64,000 bases of DNA, from positions 43-64,042 of the forward strand of contig JAWBXL010000008.1 of the NCBI GenBank assembly GCA_038867895.1. The letters run 5' to 3'. The DNA comes from Candidatus Bathyarchaeia archaeon. Lineage in GTDB: Archaea; Thermoproteota; Bathyarchaeia; Bathyarchaeales; DTEX01. The position numbers and the translations under genes were made by a program. The notes beneath the pieces are model-generated. The model worked only from the letters and a program-made list of their open reading frames with translations. It searched no databases and was not told the DNA's origin. This document shows positions 8,960 through 16,883 of this stretch, piece after piece. Position 1 is the stretch's first letter, and the number at the start of each line of letters is the position of its first letter.

Positions 8960-9901
8960 CTATTCTCTTCTAATTATCCTTGCTCCTTGTCCAGGTTTGG
9001 CGCATATTGGCTTACTTCTTACGCCAACTTCTTCGAAGGCATCCTTCATCGCCAACGCGATATCTTTAGTGTTCTTCTTATTGGAATCCACTATGGCTAT
9101 TATCGATGGGCCAGCACCACTTATGGCGACCCCAGCAGCCCCAGCCCTCAGAGCTAACTCTTTAACATGATTTAATCCTGGAATTAAATGAGCCCTTGCA
9201 GGTTCGACGACAGCATCCATCATGCCCTTACCCATAACCTCAACATTGTTCAGGGCTATTCCGGCCACGAAGGCCGCGGCCCGACCAATATTATAAACCA
9301 TGCTTGAGAGATCTACTTGCCTCGGCAGGACAGATCTTGCAAGCCTCGTGTCAACCCTTATCTCGGGTAGAACAATAGCAAATTCAGCGTTCGGTGGGAG
9401 TCTCAGCCTTAAGACTTCAAGGGGCTCCCTAGAAACTATTAATGTGAAGTCTCCTAGAATGGCTGCTGAAACATTATCTGCGTGCGGCGACCCAGCTGAA
9501 GCGGATTCGCCCATGGCCGCCGTCTCTATTAATTGGGTTGATGTTAGATTCAAATTTAGGAGATCATTTATGGCTATGGCGGTTGCCGCTGCGCTGGCGG
9601 CGCTGCTGCCTAGTCCACTTCCAGGCCTTATGCCCTTATAAATTTTTATTAATAAGCCAAATTTCTCTCCAGATTTCCTCAGCATCTCTGAAGCAACTAT
9701 TCCAGCGGTATTTCTCTCTGGCTCAGCCGGTATGTCTTTGGAGCCTTCCCCATGAACCTCAATTCTGATGTCTCCATCCTCTCTTTTTTCAACGATAACC
9801 CTATCAAATAATGCGTCTAAAGCCACGCCAAACACGTCGAAGCCGGCGCCGAGGTTCGCTGAGGTTGCCGGCGCGATGGCTTCAACAGCCCTTAAGCCCA
9901 A
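8960..9901 (-). CDS. thrB: homoserine kinase (GHMP kinase)
   Basis: PATSANLGAGFDVFGVAL and the GHMP motif PGSGLGSSAASAAA. Confidence 0.9.
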   Translation of the reverse strand: MGLRAVEAIAPATSANLGAGFDVFGVALDALFDRVIVEKREDGDIRIEVHGEGSKDIPAEPERNTAGIVASEMLRKSGEKFGLLIKIYKGIRPGSGLGSSAASAAATAIAINDLLNLNLTSTQLIETAAMGESASAGSPHADNVSAAILGDFTLIVSREPLEVLRLRLPPNAEFAIVLPEIRVDTRLARSVLPRQVDLSSMVYNIGRAAAFVAGIALNNVEVMGKGMMDAVVEPARAHLIPGLNHVKELALRAGAAGVAISGAGPSIIAIVDSNKKNTKDIALAMKDAFEEVGVRSKPICAKPGQGARIIRRE

Positions 9902-10049
9902 GAGTGATCACCAAAATATAATTTTCTAGGGTTATCTTAGTTAAAAAGAATATCTTTTTTGGTGCCAGCAAATTTTTATTCCGGCAATCTAATAGTTTAT
10001 ATTTGGGCTATTTACATCTATCTTTATCTAAGACAAATGGTGTATTATA

Positions 10050-11498
10050 ATGACGGTTCCACTCGAAAGAATTGATAAGTATACTTGGCGTATACCGAAG
10101 TATAAGCCTGGCATGCGCGTTCCAGGCGTAATTTTTGCGGATGATGATTTACTTGAGAAGATGAAGACTGATAAGACGCTTGAGCAGTGCGCTAATGTAG
10201 CCCATTTGCCGGGCATATATAAATATTCTATAACCCTGCCGGATGGACATGAGGGGTACGGTTTTCCGATAGGTGGTGTAGCGGCGACAGATTATGAGGA
10301 GGGTGTGATAAGCCCGGGCGGCGTAGGATACGATATAAACTGCGGCGTAAGACTTCTCGTAACAACCCTCTCGGAGAAGGATGTTAGGCCAAGATTAAAT
10401 GAGCTGGCCACAATAATATTCTACAATGTTCCAAGCGGCCTGGGCAGCCATAGAAGGGACTTCTCCGTCTCCATGAACGAGCTTGATAAAATAACTAAAG
10501 AGGGCGTACCATACCTGATAGATAAGGGCTACGGCTGGCAGGAGGACATAGAGCATTGTGAGGAACGTGGGCGTATGCCGGGCGCAAACCCAGAAAAAGT
10601 CTCGAGCACCGCTAAGAAGAGGGGTGCACCAGAGCTCGGAACACTAGGCTCGGGGAACCACTTCCTAGAGATACAGAAGGTTGATAGGATATTTAATGAG
10701 AGGGTTGCAAAGGCTTTTGGAATAACCCATGAAGGCCAGGTTACCGTGATGATTCACTGTGGCTCGCGTGGGTATGGGCACCAGATATGCTCCGATTATT
10801 TGAGGGTTATGGAGAGAGCTGTGCACAAATATCATATAGAGCTGCCGGATAGGGAGCTCGCATGCGCTCCTGGCACAAGTCAGGAGGCTCAGGATTATTA
10901 TGAGGCTATGGCATGCGCCGTAAATTATGCCTTCGCTAATAGGCAGATGATAACCCACTGGGTTAGGCAGAGTTTCGAGCAGGTATTCAAGACGTCCGCC
11001 GACAAGATTGGCCTAAATCTATTATATGATGTGGCGCATAACATTGCTAAGATTGAGGAGCACACCGTTGACGGTAAGACTGTTAAGGTTTGGGTTCATA
11101 GGAAGGGCGCGACGAGAGCCTTCCCACCTGGCCACAGGGATGTCCCGGCAGATTATAGGAGCCTCGGCCAGCCAGTCATAATACCCGGCTCGATGGGAAC
11201 AAGCTCATGGGTTCTAGTGGGCACCCCGAAAGCTATGGAGATAACATTTGGCTCAACAGCCCATGGCGCTGGTAGAATGCTCAGCCGCGCGGCTGCCACG
11301 AGGCGCTTTACTGGAGGCGAGATAAAGAGGACGCTTGAGAGTAGAGGCATAGTTGTCAGGGCGGCTAGCATGACTGTTCTAGCCGAGGAGGCTGATCCAG
11401 CCTACAAGAATGTTGATAAGGTTGCCGAGGTAAGCAACGCTGTTGGCATAGCAACATATGTCGCCAGACTTGTTCCATTAGCCGTAGTTAAGGGTTGA
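10050..11498 (+). CDS. rtcB: RNA-splicing ligase RtcB
   Basis: Near full-length RtcB signature: LPDGHEGYGFPIGGV, GYDINCGVR, GSGNHFLE, HCGSRGYGHQ, HGAGR. Confidence 0.95.
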   Translation: MTVPLERIDKYTWRIPKYKPGMRVPGVIFADDDLLEKMKTDKTLEQCANVAHLPGIYKYSITLPDGHEGYGFPIGGVAATDYEEGVISPGGVGYDINCGVRLLVTTLSEKDVRPRLNELATIIFYNVPSGLGSHRRDFSVSMNELDKITKEGVPYLIDKGYGWQEDIEHCEERGRMPGANPEKVSSTAKKRGAPELGTLGSGNHFLEIQKVDRIFNERVAKAFGITHEGQVTVMIHCGSRGYGHQICSDYLRVMERAVHKYHIELPDRELACAPGTSQEAQDYYEAMACAVNYAFANRQMITHWVRQSFEQVFKTSADKIGLNLLYDVAHNIAKIEEHTVDGKTVKVWVHRKGATRAFPPGHRDVPADYRSLGQPVIIPGSMGTSSWVLVGTPKAMEITFGSTAHGAGRMLSRAAATRRFTGGEIKRTLESRGIVVRAASMTVLAEEADPAYKNVDKVAEVSNAVGIATYVARLVPLAVVKG

Positions 11499-12267
11499 CG
11501 AAATCGACAATTCTCTTACTATTATTTTTCGCGTTGCCCTTTTCTTCCCCAACATATGTGGTATATAGAACTTCCTTAACTTTCTCAGAGGTTTTGGGAC
11601 CTAGCCCATAGACGTCCTTTGGCCACCTATCGACGTTCACTAGGGCGTTAAATGGGGTTTTATACACTTTGAGTAGGCTTATAGCTCTCTCCCTGCCAAT
11701 CTTTGGTAAGCTCGCGAGGAAGAATATTTGGGCATCAAATGTTGTCTCCAACTTCTTAACCGGGTGAATAGCCGGCTCCCTTTTCTCCCCAAACTGCTCC
11801 TGCTTAGCAGAAGTGTAAAGCAAGGTCACCGTCTCCCTATGATTTATCGTATTAATTACGCTTATGCCATTTTTTGCTAAAGCAAATATCGCGCCCCAGA
11901 TAGATGCGGGGCTTATCTTACTAAACTTGTAAATTAGTGGGAAGTATCCCTCAATCAGCAGAAATGGTTTCTCATAGGCCTCTCTAAGGAGAAAAACTTG
12001 CTCAAATAGGTCTCGGCGCGTGAGTGTATTAATGAAATCCTGCACAGTTTTCCGCTCGAATGCGCATTCATTAGAGATCACATAGTCTCCCTTATCGAGG
12101 GTTTCAATCCTCACTATTGCGCCAAGTTCCTTAAGTCCCTCAATTATCTTTGAGGCTGCGCTCGCCTCTCTACTATCAACGATTATTATCGGCTGATCTA
12201 AATCACCGTCTCCCCTAATATATGGTATGAGTGTTCCGGATCCGACCATAATATATCTCCGAGACAA
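11488..12267 (-). CDS. xpf: XPF/ERCC4-type structure-specific nuclease, short crenarchaeal-type form (nuclease + HhH2)
   Basis: ERCC4 core (IIVDSRE...GDYVIS...AFERKTVQDF) with a C-terminal helix-hairpin-helix region (YGLGPKTSEKV) and no helicase domain. The C-terminal KRIVDFV looks like a PIP box. Confidence 0.75.
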   Translation of the reverse strand: MSRRYIMVGSGTLIPYIRGDGDLDQPIIIVDSREASAASKIIEGLKELGAIVRIETLDKGDYVISNECAFERKTVQDFINTLTRRDLFEQVFLLREAYEKPFLLIEGYFPLIYKFSKISPASIWGAIFALAKNGISVINTINHRETVTLLYTSAKQEQFGEKREPAIHPVKKLETTFDAQIFFLASLPKIGRERAISLLKVYKTPFNALVNVDRWPKDVYGLGPKTSEKVKEVLYTTYVGEEKGNAKNNSKRIVDFVNP

Positions 12268-12357
12268 GTAGCTCTAAAAATTTTTATCCCCTTTTTGTTC
12301 TTAAATATCTTCTAGATAAAGGGTGTATATTTAGGCAGTAAAAGGAAAAAAGCGAAT

Positions 12358-15300
12358 GTGTGGTGGATGATTGAGGTTTCAGTTGAGGGTTTGAGGGCAA
12401 TATATCGTGGGATGTGCCCAAACTGCGGGGGAGATATTAGCGACCTAGAGCTACTTAGTACTGGCGTTTGTAGAGAATGCTTACCTAAGCAGCTGTCTGA
12501 TAAAGAAAAAGTCTACTTGGAGCTAATTAAGAATGGGCGTATCGGTGAATACGCGAAGATTTTAGAGGTTGAGTTTGAGCTTAAAAGATTTTCTGAGTTC
12601 TTTAGCTCGCTTATTGGATCTAGACCATGGGCTCTTCAAGAGGTTTGGGCTAAGCGGGTTTTAATGGGTAGAAGCTTCTCCATAGTTGCGCCGACAGGCA
12701 TTGGAAAAACTCATTTTGGGCTTATAATGGCATTATACTTGGCCAGAAAAGGAAAGAAAAGCTACATTATGGTGCCAACAAGTCTCCTAGTTAAGCATCT
12801 ACTGGATAGAGCTGGCTTCTTCCTTGAAAAATTAGCTGCGAGGGGCGAGCCGACACCAACAATTATAGGCTATTACTCTGGGATGCGCAAGAAGGAGATA
12901 GAGGAAACATTAAATCGGATCAGAAACCAAGACTTCTCCATATTGATCACGACTGATAGATTCCTCTACAACAGATTTGAGCTGATCAAAGATGTAGACT
13001 TCGACTTTATATTCGTTGATGATGTGGATTCTTTCCTTAAATCCCCAAAGAATATTGACAAAGTTGTCCTCTTAATGGGCTTTGACATCAAGGATATTGA
13101 ATGGGCTCTAAAGAAGGAAGAAAAGAAAGAACAGAAAACCAGTGTCACAGGATCGGCGCGGCAGAATCCAGGCAAGGTTCTGGTTGTTTCTGGGGCTACA
13201 CTGAGGGGAAAAAGAACAAAGAAGATGAGGGTTTTTAGGAGCCTCTTCGGCTTTGAGCCGGGCTTCAGCCCAGAATTCATTAGAAACATATCTAATCTCT
13301 ACATTAAGTCTGCGGGTGATGTTAAAGCGGAGACCCTAAATATAATTAAGAGGCATGGGCCCGGCTGCCTAGTTTTTGCTCCGCAGGTTAGAGGCTTAGA
13401 GTATGCTAAGGAGATCGCACTTGCCCTTAAAGAGGCTGGGATAAACGCTTTTATATATGAGAGGATGAGCCCGAAGCTTCTGGAGAGGTTTGTGAATGGA
13501 GAATACGCGGTCCTTATAGGAGTTGCAAGCAATAGGAGCCCTTTAGCTAGGGGTCTCGACCTCCCAGAAACGATAAGGTATATTGTCTTTGCTGGTGTTC
13601 CGAGAAGGGAGATTAGAGTCAGCATTAACGAGTGTAGCCCCCAGAAGATTTTAACGTTGCTTAGGGCTCTTTCGCCCTTCTTTGAAGAGAAGTTTAGTAG
13701 GGAGGCTGCCCCGGTAATAGCGGCTCTTACAAGAATAGTCCCAGTTACAAAAGATATAATCGACAGGATCAGGGAGGCTGATGAAAAAAACCTTGAGCTA
13801 GATGGGTTTGCCGGGCATGTTCAGAGGGTTGTTAAGGAGGCAAGAAAGCTTCTGGTTAAAATAATGGAGGATATAGACTTAAGAAAAGTTACCGAGAGAC
13901 TTGATGTAGACGTGAAAATTGAGGGGAACGAGTATATTCTAGTTATACCAGATGTTGATGGTTATATACAGGCATCTGGTAGATCATCGAGGTTCTATGC
14001 TATGGGGATAAGTCGTGGAGTATCCATTCTTATAGTTGATGATGAGAAAGCCTTTTACGGGCTGAGTAAAAGGATTCAGCTGGCGACTGAGGAGGAGTTT
14101 GAGGAATATTTTCTTGAAAAAGCTCAGGAAGAGTTTAGGCAGGTAGATATGGATAGAGAGGTTATTAGGAAGATACGGAGAGGCGAGTTTACAATAGATG
14201 CGGTAGACATTATCCGGTCTGCGCTCATAGTTGTTGAGTCCCCGACAAAGGCTAGGACGATAGCCTACTTCTTTGGCAGACCAGCTAAGAGAACGATAGA
14301 TGACTTCACAGTTTATGAGGTTGCAAGTGGGCAGCTAATCTTGAATGTTGTCGCCTCTGGAGGACATATTTTTGATCTAACAACAGAGGGCGGCTTCCAC
14401 GGCGTCTTGAAAGAGAATGGCTTCTATATTCCAGTATATACTGATATAAGGAGATGCAATAATTGTGGAGAGCAGTTTACAGATCGCGGTGAGTGCCCAT
14501 CCTGCGGGTCAAAGGATATACGCTCAAAGAGGAGCGTCGTCGAGCTAATTCAGAAGCTCGCGACGGAAGTAAACAAGGTATTTATTGCGACAGACCCGGA
14601 TGCTGAGGGGGAAAAGATAGGCTACGATATTTACGTTATGGTTAAACCTTATTGCAGAAACGTTGAGAGACTCGAGTTTCATGAGGTGACACGAAGGGCT
14701 CTTAGAAAAGCCCTTTCTGAGCCAAGAAGCATAAGGCTGCCTTATGTTCAGGCGCAGGTTGTTAGGAGGATTGAGGATAGATGGGTTGGATTCGAGCTTA
14801 GTAGGAAGCTCTGGGAAAAGTTCAAGCTAATGACCCTCTCGGCTGGTAGGGTGCAGACTCCGGTTTTAGGTTGGGTTATAAAGCGTGTTGAGGAGCTGAA
14901 GAATAAGATTCCGGTGGCCGAAGTATCGCTAGAAAATGGTTTATTAGTTAGGATTGTGAACCCGCCGAATATAGAAGATCTAAAAAGGAGGTTTAAAGAG
15001 GGCGATCTCAGGGCGAGGATCGAGGGTATAACCTTCCGGGAGGATAAAATTTACCCGCAGCCGCCATACACGACTGACAGTATGCTTAAGGATGCAGCCC
15101 AGAAATTGGGTTTCACGGTCGGATACACTATGGGTTTAGCTCAGACACTTTTCGAGTCTGGTCTAATAACATATCATAGGACTGATGCGACAACCGTATC
15201 AACAACTGGTATAGATATTGCGCGCCGATATATTGAGGAGAATCATCCAGGTCTCTTTAGACCAAGGGAATATAGGGGCGATGGGGCGCACGAATGTATA

Positions 15301-15936
15301 AGGCCGACCAAGCCCTTAAACCTTAAGCAGCTACGCTTTTACCTATCCTCCGGGGTTCTAAGGATACCGCAGAAGCTCGGCGCGGATCACTTAAAGCTAT
15401 ATGATATAATATTTAGAAGGTTTATTGCCAGCCAGATGAGTGAGACTAGGGTTCTAGTTCAGGAGTTTACGTTGAAGGTTGATGGCGCCGAGGCGAGGCA
15501 GAGCAGGGTTGTGAAGGTTCTTGAGCAGGGCTTCTTGGCTGTCAACCCTGTTATTAGGGTTGATGAGGAGGTTTGTGGAGGAGAATATAAGGTTGTGAGG
15601 TTAAGGATTAGGCGGGAGCCAATTGGTAGGCCATACCGTGAAGGAGACTTAATAGCGCTTATGAAGGAGAGGGGGATTGGAAGGCCGAGCACATACTCCA
15701 AAATAATTGATATACTTCTGAGAAGGCGATATATAATAGAGAATAATAGGGCTCTATTTAGCACGAGGCTCGGTAGGGCGGTATATAATTATCTAATCGA
15801 AAGATTTGGTTCACTTGTGTCAGAGGATCTAACTAGAACTCTCGAGAAAACTATAGATGCTATAGAGAATGGACAAGCATACTACCAAGATGTTTTAAGG
15901 ATTATTGAGAACGAGATAAGAAGTATAACAAAATAA
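12358..15936 (+). CDS. rgy: reverse gyrase
   Basis: 1192 aa. N-terminal Zn finger (CPNCGG...CREC), helicase-like domain with Walker A (APTGIGKT) and a C-terminal type IA topoisomerase (Toprim ATDPDAEGEKI, catalytic YHRTD). Confidence 0.95.
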   Translation: MWWMIEVSVEGLRAIYRGMCPNCGGDISDLELLSTGVCRECLPKQLSDKEKVYLELIKNGRIGEYAKILEVEFELKRFSEFFSSLIGSRPWALQEVWAKRVLMGRSFSIVAPTGIGKTHFGLIMALYLARKGKKSYIMVPTSLLVKHLLDRAGFFLEKLAARGEPTPTIIGYYSGMRKKEIEETLNRIRNQDFSILITTDRFLYNRFELIKDVDFDFIFVDDVDSFLKSPKNIDKVVLLMGFDIKDIEWALKKEEKKEQKTSVTGSARQNPGKVLVVSGATLRGKRTKKMRVFRSLFGFEPGFSPEFIRNISNLYIKSAGDVKAETLNIIKRHGPGCLVFAPQVRGLEYAKEIALALKEAGINAFIYERMSPKLLERFVNGEYAVLIGVASNRSPLARGLDLPETIRYIVFAGVPRREIRVSINECSPQKILTLLRALSPFFEEKFSREAAPVIAALTRIVPVTKDIIDRIREADEKNLELDGFAGHVQRVVKEARKLLVKIMEDIDLRKVTERLDVDVKIEGNEYILVIPDVDGYIQASGRSSRFYAMGISRGVSILIVDDEKAFYGLSKRIQLATEEEFEEYFLEKAQEEFRQVDMDREVIRKIRRGEFTIDAVDIIRSALIVVESPTKARTIAYFFGRPAKRTIDDFTVYEVASGQLILNVVASGGHIFDLTTEGGFHGVLKENGFYIPVYTDIRRCNNCGEQFTDRGECPSCGSKDIRSKRSVVELIQKLATEVNKVFIATDPDAEGEKIGYDIYVMVKPYCRNVERLEFHEVTRRALRKALSEPRSIRLPYVQAQVVRRIEDRWVGFELSRKLWEKFKLMTLSAGRVQTPVLGWVIKRVEELKNKIPVAEVSLENGLLVRIVNPPNIEDLKRRFKEGDLRARIEGITFREDKIYPQPPYTTDSMLKDAAQKLGFTVGYTMGLAQTLFESGLITYHRTDATTVSTTGIDIARRYIEENHPGLFRPREYRGDGAHECIRPTKPLNLKQLRFYLSSGVLRIPQKLGADHLKLYDIIFRRFIASQMSETRVLVQEFTLKVDGAEARQSRVVKVLEQGFLAVNPVIRVDEEVCGGEYKVVRLRIRREPIGRPYREGDLIALMKERGIGRPSTYSKIIDILLRRRYIIENNRALFSTRLGRAVYNYLIERFGSLVSEDLTRTLEKTIDAIENGQAYYQDVLRIIENEIRSITK

Positions 15937-15967
15937 TGGAAGATAATCATATCCAAGTATAGCGAGG

Positions 15968-16468
15968 TTAGATGAGGACCACTCCCTCATTTTGTCTAAC
16001 TCCCTCTGGCGGTAGCTGGGACAACCTATTCACTAACTCGATATAATACTCATTTTTAAGGAACTTTTCAAACTCTTGGAAGACGATACTCTTAGTTTCA
16101 TTTATCTTCATACAAATTGGTCCTTTAGAGTATGCTTCACTTAGATCATATATTGCTATGTGCTTCCGCATATCGCGATCCACAGCAATAATCGCAAATA
16201 TGTCCTCCGGAGGCCTTTCTTGGAAGATCCATGCCGTATAAGAGACGTTCACCAATCTATAAAATACATCATTTTCTCGTACCGGATAAAGATTGCTGAA
16301 GGCTATTGTCTTAAAAGTTTTTGGATAAACTTTCCTGGCGCAAAGAAAATTATGATATTCGCCCTCTGCATAAACAATATCCTCATATGGGGAAACCCAC
16401 CAACCCATTAACCTACACTGATGCTTAAATTGCCTAATTAAATCCCAAACTACAGGTATAGATTGCAT
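15968..16468 (-). CDS. hypothetical protein (no recognisable family)
   Basis: A 166-aa ORF that is the only long frame here, visibly more AT-rich than its neighbours. It abuts the AT-rich spacer that would hold its promoter. Confidence 0.5.
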   Translation of the reverse strand: MQSIPVVWDLIRQFKHQCRLMGWWVSPYEDIVYAEGEYHNFLCARKVYPKTFKTIAFSNLYPVRENDVFYRLVNVSYTAWIFQERPPEDIFAIIAVDRDMRKHIAIYDLSEAYSKGPICMKINETKSIVFQEFEKFLKNEYYIELVNRLSQLPPEGVRQNEGVVLI

Positions 16469-16695
16469 CTCTATTCTCCATATAAAATATGGTAAATCTA
16501 CCTTATAAATTATATATTTTTAATGAAAAACTTCATTTAAGCCAAAAAATTGATAATTTCGTCTTTAAAATTTTAAAGAAACTTAGAAAGATCTGATTTT
16601 TTAAAATTCCAATATTTTTTGAGTAAAATTTTTATTGGACAAGATTTTCATAATATTTTGTAAAATAAAGTCCTATTTCAGGAGGAGGGATTTTT

Positions 16696-16779
16696 ATGCC
16701 GAAGAAGAAGGAGGAAAAGAAGGAGAAAGCTGAAGCTAAACCAGAAGAAGAGAAAAAAGAGAAGAAAAAGAAGAAGTGA
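16696..16779 (+). CDS. candidate micro-ORF encoding a 27-aa Lys/Glu-rich peptide (MPKKKEEKKEKAEAKPEEEKKEKKKKK)
   Basis: ATG preceded by AGGAGGAGGG (16680-16689, 7-nt spacer) and ended by TGA. It lies 105 nt upstream of ABCE1 on the same strand and falls below the ORF-track size cutoff. Confidence 0.35.
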   Translation: MPKKKEEKKEKAEAKPEEEKKEKKKKK

Positions 16780-16883
16780 AGAGACAAATAGTGTTTTCCA
16801 ATAAACCTTTTTTAGTTAGATTTTTATTTTCAGGTAAATTTATTATTTAATCTCATTCAAGAACTTTTAGGAGGAGAACGAGT

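Noticed and set aside
16469-16883. The AT-rich spacer as a replication origin
   Set aside because: No orc1/cdc6 gene is adjacent, and I could find no ORB or mini-ORB-like repeated elements flanking the AT-rich core. Divergent promoters plus the micro-ORF explain the region adequately. It is kept only as a low-interest finding.
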